DNA of 64,000 nt from Marsupella aquatica (lineage: Eukaryota; Plantae; Marchantiophyta). The stretch spans positions 2,049,223 to 2,113,222 of the forward strand of contig OZ316892.1 in the NCBI GenBank assembly GCA_973895155.1, written 5' to 3'. Position 1 is the first letter of the stretch, and each line of letters opens with the position of its first letter. The notes under the pieces were generated by a model. That model was not told the DNA's origin. It made no database searches and was given only the letters and a program-made list of their open reading frames with translations. This document shows, piece after piece, positions 1-9,022 of this stretch. The translations under genes were made by a program, and so were the position numbers.

Positions 1-3000
1 AATAATGACTCTCTGCCTGATTGTTGCTCCTGGATGCATAGGCAATGACGTACTCTTTACCTTCCTCATCATGCTGGCCTAGAATGGCACCAATCCCAAG
101 GGCACTCCAATCTGTGTGTAGCACAAAGACCTTGTTGAAATCAGGTCTTCTCAGCACTGGGTATTCTGAGAGCTTCTCCTTCAAAGTGGCAAATGTTGCC
201 TCAACATCTGTACTCCATGTCCAAGTCACATTCTTTTTCAACAAAGCATACAATGGGTGTGCAATGGTACTGAAATCTTTGATGTAGATCCGGTAGTAAT
301 TGCACAACCCAATAAAACTCCTCAAAGTGTGAACATCGGTAGGAGTGGGCATTTCCAAGATGGATACCACCTTGGCCCAGTGAGCCATGGTTCCATTTGG
401 AAGAATGCGATGCCCAAGATATACGACTGATCTGACAGCAAATTCACACTTCTTGGGGTGTATGTTTAGGTTCACCTTCTTAAGCCTTATGAATAGCTCC
501 TCAAGGTCAAGTAGATGCTGGTCAAATCCTTTGTTGTGGACCAACACATCATCAATGTAGCATTTCAGAAACTCAGCACCTTGAAGAACCTGGTCCATGA
601 CTCTTTGAAAGAATATGGGCGCATTCTTCAAGCCAAATGGCATCACCAACCACTCCCATAGTTGGTTACTACCATGGAAAGTTGTTTTCTTGCGGTCCTT
701 TGCAAGCAGCAAAATCTGGTTGAAGCCTTGCCTTAGATCCACAAGAGTGAAGATGTCTGAGTCTCCAATGCTGTCAAATAGCTCCTCTGGCCGCGGCATG
801 GGGTACCTGTCCTGGGGTGTGACCAGGTTCAATGGCTTGTAGTCCCCACACATGCGCTTCTCTGTCCACAATCCACTGGAATCCTTCTTTGCTGGCATCA
901 CTGTAGCTGCCGCAAAATCTGATGTAGATGGCTGAATAAGACCAGCTTCATAAAGCTCTTGGCACCTCTCATCCACCAGCTGCCACTCATGCTTACTCAA
1001 ACGGTGTCTCCGCCTAAAGATAGGTGTTTCATCAGCCAACTCAATGGAGAACTGCATAGTCTTGCACTTACCCAAGTCCTTCATAGAGAAAGCAAACACA
1101 TTCTCATGCTTGAGGAGCAAATTCAGCAGCTGGTCCCCGAGCTGGTCCTTCTGTCTTTTACTCAGGTGGTTGCCCATGATAAATGTGTAGTTGGCAACAC
1201 TAGGAATAGGACCTGATGTACTCATGCTTGAAGAGCCAGAAGTGCCAGCCTCTCCACTGTCCAAGCTGCTAGCATGCTGCTGATAAGGTGATGAGGCCTC
1301 TCCAAGGCCTGCTGTATCTGTTGCTCTGGTCTGATCCACACCATGAAACTCAGAAATAATGTCAGCCACATTACAAGGGACCTCCTCCCCCCCAACACTT
1401 GGACTGAAGCGGTGAGTGTTGAATAGAGGTAAGTGCACCTGGTCTGGATGCCATGTAGCAGCACTGTGGAGGGGTAGGGCTGGAGCTCCTAATGCTGGAG
1501 GAATGTACATCTGAAAAAGGATGCAAGTGACCAGAAGCCAAGTGAGAGCATTGAGATCCATTACCCTGCCAAGTAAAGCATTCCTGGCCAGCCTGGTGAT
1601 TTTGGTGTGACCTGTAGTACCGGGTTGGAAGCCCATAGCCCGTTCTCTCTCCTCAGGACTAGGTTCATCCCATGTACCGGTAGAATGTCGATAAACCAGC
1701 CCAGGACCATCACCCTGAAAAGCATGTGCACCTGGAAAGGACACAAATGTAGGCCAAGCAGCACGGGGTTGTCCAATGGTATTAGCTGGATACCAAGGTG
1801 CTGGCTCTTGCCGTGTAACTGGTTGGCAAGAACTGTCAGGATCCAAAATCTGGTCCACTGTAAGGTTAGTGTCCCTAGATGTGTGGTGAAGAGCCATCTC
1901 CAGCAAGGAAGGTGGTGCAAGGTTAGTCCAAAAGTTACGAAGACGATGTGCATAAGAACCACAGTGCACTGCATCAATGAGAAGGGGTGGTCCCAAGTAG
2001 TGCTGGACCACACTAAAATCCTCTTTGACCTGTGGACGCTGGTCAAACTGAGATGGAATATTATCAATGATATAACCAACAGTAGGATAAAGGGATTGAG
2101 CCCAGGTGAGAATCTGAACCAATGTTGTGAAAAGGCCAGAACGAGAATCATGCAGTCCAGCACCGTGACCAGCAGCTGAAAACCCTTGGCATTCCCAACC
2201 AGCTATGATCAAATCAAGGGAGCCAAGAAGGGTTAAGTGCCGGTGCTGGACAAGCTGGATATCTGGAGGAAAGAAAGAAAATGCAGACTTCCATGCACTG
2301 TGTGGAAACTGTTGAGGAAATTGCTCTGAAAATTCCAGCAAACGGGATTCAGCCACTTGCCTTGCACCTGGATCAATATCCACATAGATGTACTGCTTCA
2401 CCGCCATGCCAGACTGTAGGAGAGCTTCCAGGCCTGTAGAAATGCCACCAAAAAGCTCAAGCAATGTAAGGCCATCTGAAGGAGGAGTCCATGTAATTGG
2501 TGCGCTCAAGATTGGGGCTATTGGTTGTCCATGATGCTGCCCAAGGTCCTCAAATTTGTGCAATGCAGCCACCAAAGGTCCATGGGCTGCTTGGAGCCGT
2601 TGTACCACCTCTGGTTGATGATCCACGTTGCTAGAAAGTGCTGCTATACGTGCAGCAGCATGTGCAGTAGCCACCTCATCATCATCCTCCTCAATCCAAT
2701 CCTGCAATGGGTGGTTAACATAGGTAGCTGTGTGCACTGCTTTCAACACACAGTGGTGAGCCATAGGGGTATGGGCACCATGCAAATCCAGTGGAATGTA
2801 TCCCAAGTGTGAGCCATCCGTATGCCAATCAACTCTGTAGTATGCATGCTCATGCCAGTTGTCAATGGTAAAACCTGGTGGGAACAAAGCCTCCTGGCCA
2901 ATGAGCACATCATACGTAGTGGCATTGGTAACCAAACATCTGACTGGGAAATGCAGTTCCTGATCTGTACCTCCATTAAAAGTGAGAGTGAGTAAAGTAG

Positions 3001-3856
3001 AACTCTCACCCAGCACATCCTCCACAGTGCCACTAGCAGTCCGAATATGCCACCTGGATGGCTGTAAATGATCAGTCAGCAGTCCCATCTTCTTGGCAAA
3101 CTGAATGCCCAAGATTACTGGTTGAGCACCTGTGTCTAGCATGACCACCTGAGGAGTGTGACCCTCCAACTTGACTGTTGAATTCCTGTTGTCAACAATG
3201 GCAATGGTGGTGGAAACTAAAGTCCTGTCACTAGGCACCACTTTTGGCAAATGATGAGGTACCTTGTGAAGGGAGTTAGTGTCCATGGTCTTCCCACTCA
3301 ACAACATAGCCAGGAAAGATGGAGCAGCATGACCAGAATCAAGTGTAGCTCTGGTCACACAATCTGCAGCAATACTGTCATCTCTACCACTAGAAATCGG
3401 TACTGGGATAGCCAAACCAGTGGAAGCATGCAATGGAGAAGAAGAAGGTCCAGTACTAACATGAGATTGGACCTCCAAAACCGGTGTCACAGGGGCTGAT
3501 GAAGAATGCAGTGAGCCCTCTAGCGCTCTGATGACAGCTCTAGCATCCAACTGTAAATCATGGCAATTGAAAAGTGGAGTGGTAAGAATCCTTTGTGCCA
3601 TACCGGAGGTGAAATGCTCAAGCAGCTCAGGAAAAACAACTCCCTGTGAAATGTCAGTAGCACCTGGTGGTGGAATGGATGTAGCTGCAGCTCCCTCCCC
3701 CCTCGCCAACAAGGTGTGCTCTTCAGCAAGTGTGAGTGGCTGAAAAGATTGGGGCATGACAGCCCGAGCTCCCCGGGCTGTAGTCATAGGACCAGCAGCA
3801 AGACCATCAGCGTGTACAATGCGGCGTGTGGGAGCAATACGGGAGGCAGCACTGGC
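1..3856 (-). CDS. pol polyprotein: aspartic protease - DNMT3-like C5-MTase - reverse transcriptase - RNase H (open, truncated by window)
   Basis: Manual translation found no stop from 3856 to base 2. VMLDTGAQPVILG (D at 3134-3136); RMCGDYKPLN, DLRQGFNQI, MPFGLKNAP, CYIDDVLVH (YIDD 548-559), YLGH, LRSFIGLCNYYR; FVLHTDWSALGIGAIL and VIAYASR near 1-130. Confidence 0.93.
1520..2480 (-). other. DNMT3-like C5-cytosine DNA methyltransferase catalytic domain inside pol
   Basis: Ordered motifs: I LLELFGGISTG (~2435-2465); II YVDID; IV DLIIAGWECQGFS (Cys 2189-2191); V GLHDSRSGLF; VI YIIDNIP (~2055-2075); VIII AHRLRNFWTN (1922-1951; DNMT3 AHRARYFWGN); IX ERERAMGFQPG; X RLARNALLGRVM (DNMT3 RLARQRLLGRSW). 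Confidence 0.9.
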
Positions 3857-4303
3857 CTACTGGTAAGCAAAATAGGAAGGACAGAATGAATCTGAAAATT
3901 CTGCTGTAAGGCCAGGCTGTGTAGCACAGGACAGCACCCACTCACCCATATGAGCATCAAATGGCAAGCCATAGAAAGAGCGGGGTAGGGGTGCTGAACT
4001 GTCAGTGGTGCCTGGGCGAGGGATGGGTTGCACGTGACCAGCCGGTTGAGAAGGACCAACAGAGGCAGTGGACTTGCCTTTGATGTTGGCAAGTTGGGCA
4101 CGTAATGACTCAGCCTCATGAGTCAGAGACTGGAGTTGAGTTGCCTGTGCGTTGTGAGCCTCCTTCTGAGCGGGTTGCTTCTGTTGCTGCTTGGGCAATT
4201 TGTTAGCACTGGATGCTTTGCCACTGGAAGGAGGAGCAACTGATGCAGTAGGAGCCCTCCTAGCTGGTGGGGGAGTGGAAACAGGAGCAGGATGAGTGGC
4301 CTG

Positions 4304-5587
4304 CTATCGTAGCTGCTTCCTCTCGGGGAATTTGGCAAAACAAACTGCCTCCAAGTGGCCCACTTTCCCGCAAAAATCACAAGATAGGTCCTCAGCAACA
4401 ATATCACATTCATTAGCCTTGTGATTAGGGTTACCACAGTAGTTGCAAGATGGCAGCATGAAAGTAGCATGTGCGGGCTTGGTCTTGAAACCATACTGTG
4501 GCACACGGGAAGGAGTGGCCAGTGTAGGAGCAGCAGCCTGGTACCTGGATCGCGGTGGACGCGCAATACTGGCCTCATAATGTGCATGGGCCAACTCAAG
4601 TTTCTCAGTAGTGTCATAGACATTGAGCAGGGTGTAGCTGTCTCCAAACTCTGAGAATACTTGCTGCAACACTTGCGAATGGAGAGCTGGGGTGCCCTCC
4701 AACGCGCGAAGATAGCGATGAGCAGCTTCCAGGTCAGTGATGCTCTGGGTGTCTTCCTTCAGCTTGAGAAGCCGGCGATACAACATCTTCAATGTTTCAT
4801 CGCGCTGCCTCACAAATGTGGCCAACTGCATGATTTTGTCAGCACTCTTGATTGGGAATTCCAATTCAAGAACCTGGAAAAACTCAGCCACTGGATTAGC
4901 AAAGGCAGGGGAATCAATGGTGGGAGAAATGCCTGATGTAGCCTGTGCCAAGACAGTGGGAGTAACTGGTGCAGTGGTGGGAACTGGAGTAGGAGGGGAA
5001 GTGGCAGGAGTAGCAGCATGGGCTGCAATGGCATTCTGTAATGCCAGTTGTGAGGCAGCCACAATTGCAGTGGCATAGGCAGGGTTAGGCAATTGTGTGA
5101 CAGCAAGCAGCCGTTGAGAATGCTGCTCATACACATCCAAAGCCTCGTGGTGCACATACCTGGCTAGCTGCTTAAATGCAAAAGCATTTGTGAAATTGCT
5201 GCCATACTTCAACTCCAATTCGTAAACGACAGTGTAGAAAGTGGATTTGAACTCGCGCAAAGAGACAGTGCCTGGCCGCCCGCTGAAGCGCTCAATGCGG
5301 CTAGATGAGTGACTGGCATCCATGCTGTATGTCGGTGAAGCTGGAACAATCACTGATGTAGAAGGAGAAAAAGGCAAAGAAGTGATAGCAGGCTTCGGGG
5401 TAGAGGTGAAGCGACCGCCAAATGTAGCAGAAGGGTTGCGTGGTGTGGGTGCTGCTGCTGTCTGCTGACGTCGTCGAAATTGCCAAGACTCCAATGAAAT
5501 TGGCACCAACGGTCGTGGATCACTCCGTAAGTGGTACCGGGGTGTCGGTGGCGATGAGCTGCTACCTCCCGGCTCGTCGGCTGACAT
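4304..5587 (-). CDS. retrotransposon gag (capsid-like region plus two CCHC zinc knuckles)
   Basis: 427-aa ORF with IERFSG, RQRDETLKMLYRRL, CNYCGNPNHKANEC and CDFCGKVGHLEAVC; same frame as the downstream pol. Confidence 0.88.
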   Translation of the reverse strand: MSADEPGGSSSSPPTPRYHLRSDPRPLVPISLESWQFRRRQQTAAAPTPRNPSATFGGRFTSTPKPAITSLPFSPSTSVIVPASPTYSMDASHSSSRIERFSGRPGTVSLREFKSTFYTVVYELELKYGSNFTNAFAFKQLARYVHHEALDVYEQHSQRLLAVTQLPNPAYATAIVAASQLALQNAIAAHAATPATSPPTPVPTTAPVTPTVLAQATSGISPTIDSPAFANPVAEFFQVLELEFPIKSADKIMQLATFVRQRDETLKMLYRRLLKLKEDTQSITDLEAAHRYLRALEGTPALHSQVLQQVFSEFGDSYTLLNVYDTTEKLELAHAHYEASIARPPRSRYQAAAPTLATPSRVPQYGFKTKPAHATFMLPSCNYCGNPNHKANECDIVAEDLSCDFCGKVGHLEAVCFAKFPERKQLR

Positions 5588-5611
5588 GCTGCATGCTCAC
5601 CCGGGGTGCCA

Positions 5612-7284
5612 ATGGGAAAGAAATTGACAAGAAAAAGGAATGGCAGCCCCAAGGCTAGGAAATAAAACCCACAAAGGAGACAAACGGTACAAGGCAACAA
5701 TGTGTCAAATGTGTAAACACACAGAAAAACCGTCACAAAGAAAAATTGTCGGCAAAGGAAAACCCCTTAAAAACTCGGGAAAGGCTTAATGTTGGCGGCA
5801 ATAAAGAAATCCGGGAAAAGAAACTAGAAGTGGCCCCCCCCTTAAGTGTATACATCGGGCCCCTATGTGGACCCAAAAACTGGCAGGAAAAGGGAAACCA
5901 AAGAGGCGCGCGTCAGCGGGAAAAGAAAACCGGGCCAAGTGGGACACAGAATCTGAAGTGTATACACATCAGCCCGATGTGGACCCGAGAGATGGAAACA
6001 GGTCGATCGTCGCGCGGCGAAAAAGCGAGACAAGTCGAAAAAGGCGAAAAGAAAACGGGAAGAGTGAGGCGAAGAAAAAGAAATGAGCCCTGTGCATAGG
6101 GCTTCGCACCCCCCTCCTTATGAGCTCCTGAAGAGGTGGGGCTACGAGCTCCCCCTCCCCTCTTAAATGTGCTGGGTGCCTTGTGCCTGGCAGGACTCCT
6201 GAGGGGAGTCGACGTGAACTCCCCCTCTCCCCTTTAATTCTTCATAGGGCCTCGTGCCCACTCCTTGCGCTCTGCCTTGGCTCTGTCTCCCCCCTCTTTA
6301 ATGCTGCTATCTGGGCTTCGTGCCCTGCAGGAGGACTCCCGAGAAGGGAGTCGTATGTACTCCCCCTCCCCCTTTAATGCAGCATAGGGGCTCGTGCCCT
6401 ATCCTGGCACACTCGCTCCCCTCCCCTCCTTAAATTGCAGCATAGGGCCTCGTGCCCTCTCCTTGCACACTCGCTCCCCCTTCATCTAAGTGCTTTAATT
6501 GCTGATAACGGTAAGGAAAAGAAGGAAGGAAAATGGGCGAGGCAAAGGCAAAAATGGCAGCAAAGGGCGAAGAGAAAACGGGCGCGAGGCCCTATGTAGT
6601 CGAGAAGCAGTCGCACGGTGGCCGAGGCAATGCGGAAGTTGTCGCGCGGCAGCCGATGCAGGATGGCAGCCGTGGCCGGGAAATGGAAAACCCTGAAAGC
6701 AAAGTGGAAGGAAAAAAGTGAGGGGGGGGGCCTGTTTGACTTAAGTGTATATACTTAAGTGTATACACAAAAGCCATAACTTCCACCCCATCGCTCAACG
6801 TTTTTCCATAGAAATTGCACCGGCATCAGCGGAAAAGCGTCAACTGTCTCGAGCAATTGAGAAGCACAGCGTCTTCGATCTTCTTCCCTTCACCGCTAAC
6901 CCGGCGACAGAGTTCTTCTTGAATAAAAGGCGTGATAGAAACAAACGTGCTGAAATCGAATTGAAAACCGGCGAGATGCCAAGATCGGCCGGGAGCATCT
7001 AACGAATCACTGTGTGAATTCCGTGTACGGAACCGACGAGCAGCCTCTGAAAAACTCTGTCTCACAGCGATTCAAGAAGAACTGAAGAACGGCAAAGAAA
7101 AACATGCCCTAAGTAGGACCGGGTCCAGGCGTCACACTAACAAACCCCTTTTGCTTCAAGAACAGCCCAGACTCGCTACAAGAACATGACACTAACTCAA
7201 GTAGTACACTAGCCCTAACCATACCTAGCGGGCATGCGAGGGACATGCCGATGTGCACAAGCGGCACTGTCCCTCGGCATGACA
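5612..7284 (-). repeat. putative 5' LTR / 5' leader of the retroelement with internal repeats
   Basis: Non-coding, CG-rich region upstream of gag. Begins TGTCA on the minus strand at 7284; PBS-like TGGCACCCCGGGTGAG at ~5595-5610; imperfect repeats at 6090-6480. The second LTR is not in the window, so it cannot be confirmed. Confidence 0.5.
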
Positions 7285-8239
7285 AACATTTAGTCTCAAC
7301 ATTTAGTCTAGTTCTTGCAAGCTAACAATATTTTCTCGTTATGATTGACTCCTTGGTGTCTTTGTTTCACACGTAAACAATTTTGGAAAGTTGTAAGGGA
7401 AAACAGCCAAGAGTAAAAGATCCTTGGTTCCTTCCATACTTGACAAATTTGGGGTCTAGATGTGAGAAGACAACATCCATGATGTGTTTGTTCCACACTT
7501 GGACAATGTTTAAATGTTGCAGTAGGGACCAATGGCCAAAAGTAGAGGATTCATTCCATACTTAAACAAAAGAACAAAGAGAAATGTCAAAACATCATGC
7601 ATACCCTGTGCATAGGTTTTGTGAAAGCAACCCAAAGATACAATTCAAACATGAAGACATGAACCATATTGTCTTCACGTAGGAACTTGCTTCGCGCGAC
7701 AGCTGCCATTACTCGGGCCATTACTCCACAATTCCCCCAACAGTGTAGTTTGTCATTGAGCATGGTTTGACTCTAAACTTTTATTACATTAGCTCTTATT
7801 GGTGATAATATCAAGCCAAAACTCCTTATAGGAACTTTACAAGAACATCTGACACAAAAGTGTGAGAGGGGCCTAGTTTTGTAACCAAAGTTTCATAACT
7901 AAGGGCCTATACCCTAAATGCCATCATCCATAATTTCCAAGCTTTGAAACTCCCTAATTTTGACTTGAGAGCAAATGACATTGCCCTGCTCTGTTGCTGT
8001 AATACATTATACAAAGGGCAGGTTGAGTTCAATAGGAGTGTGAAAAAAAATCATACTCCCTACTGCATATTTGTACACCCCTCAATCCCTGGAAAAACTG
8101 TAATTTTATTGGCTCAAACATTCTGACACATATCTATACTCATTCTCGGCCCCATGGAACATAGCCCTTAGTATATATTACACTCCCCAAAAAAGAGGCG
8201 CTCAACTGGGATATAATATAGCATGTTCATCCTGGAACA

Positions 8240-9022
8240 TGGTTCATTTTTATAAAGTGATGTGTAGATGATCTAATTTTCTTGTGACTAGTGCATATTT
8301 GTTAAGATTGAGTGGGATAAAATACAAGTCAGATAATGACTAGGAAAAGTATTAAGTGGTATGTAAATGATCTACACTGTTCACCGTAATTAGTGTTATG
8401 CAAGAATTAGTGTTAGTGCAAAATTAGTGTTAGTAACACTAATTTTGGTAAAAATGATTTTTTGAGTCCAAGTAGCACTAATTTTTGTCGGTTTTCAAAA
8501 TGAATTTTTTTCAGTTTAGTTTAAATTGCTTGTAAAAAACGGATGATCTCTAGTCCAAAGTAACACTAATTGTTGTGGATTTTTTTAAATAGTTTTTTTC
8601 TTTGTATTTTGCCACTTTTAAGACCATAGTAACACTAATTCATGTGCGCAAAAATAGTGTTAGCACAAAATTAGTGTGACTAACACTAATTCGCGAGTAG
8701 ACCCTGAAAATGGGCGCTCTCGAATTAGTGTTACTCACACTAATTACGGGACAGTGTATATTTATGGTGGCTAGGGCAAGTGTATATTTATGGTGGCTAG
8801 AGCAATTTTGTTAAGATTTGAGTGGGATAAAATACAAGTCAGGTAATGATTAGGAAGAGTACAACTTTATGATACTAGGATGAACGTGTTTCATTTTTTT
8901 ACAAAGTGATATGTACATTATCTAATTTTTGTTACTAGTGCATATTTGTTAAGATTGAGTAGGATTAAATACAAACCAGATATTGACTAGGAAAAGTATT
9001 AAGTTGATATGTAAATGATCTA
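8240..9022 (+). repeat. direct duplication of a ~135-bp AT-rich unit, first copy followed by a MITE insertion
   Basis: actagtgcatatttgttaagattgagt...gactaggaaaagtattaagt...atgtaaatgatcta occurs at ~8240-8374 and ~8890-9022. Confidence 0.75.
8375..8756. mobile_element. MITE with TA target duplication and internal AATTAGTGTTA arrays
   Basis: Imperfect TIRs CACTGTtcaCCGTAATTAGTGT / ACACTAATTACGGgACAGTG, flanked by TA on both sides; the corresponding empty site is visible at ~9010-9040. Confidence 0.8.

Larger units (their letters stand above)
1..7284 (-). mobile_element. Ty3/Gypsy-type LTR retrotransposon carrying a C5-cytosine methyltransferase (5' part; integrase and 3' LTR lie outside the window)
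   Basis: One minus-strand frame from 5587 to the window edge encodes gag with two CCHC knuckles, protease (LDTGA), C5-MTase motifs, RT (YIDD) and the RNase H start (LHTDWS). PR-RT-RH with no integrase between PR and RT is the Ty3/Gypsy order. The outer boundary at 7284 (minus strand TGTCATG...) is tentative. Confidence 0.9.

Noticed and set aside
1520-2480. Bacterial restriction-modification or retron-like RT-MTase system
   Set aside because: The context is eukaryotic (spliceosomal introns) and the RT is Ty3/Gypsy-type with gag, protease and RNase H.
45-3743. Many 70-200-aa ORFs in the track on both strands (e.g. 1561-2163, 1607-2179)
   Set aside because: They are shadow frames of the real pol frame, which the track missed because it has no stop inside the window.
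5595-5612. Assignment of the PBS-like TGGCACCCCGGGTGAG to a specific tRNA
   Set aside because: I could not match it confidently to a plant tRNA 3' end without a search.
6090-6480. Hammerhead ribozyme in the repeats
   Set aside because: I could not find the CUGANGA/GAAA core in a suitable stem arrangement on either strand.
8375-8756. CRISPR-like array of short repeats
   Set aside because: Repeats are 11 bp, in both orientations, irregularly spaced and enclosed by TIRs; this is a MITE.
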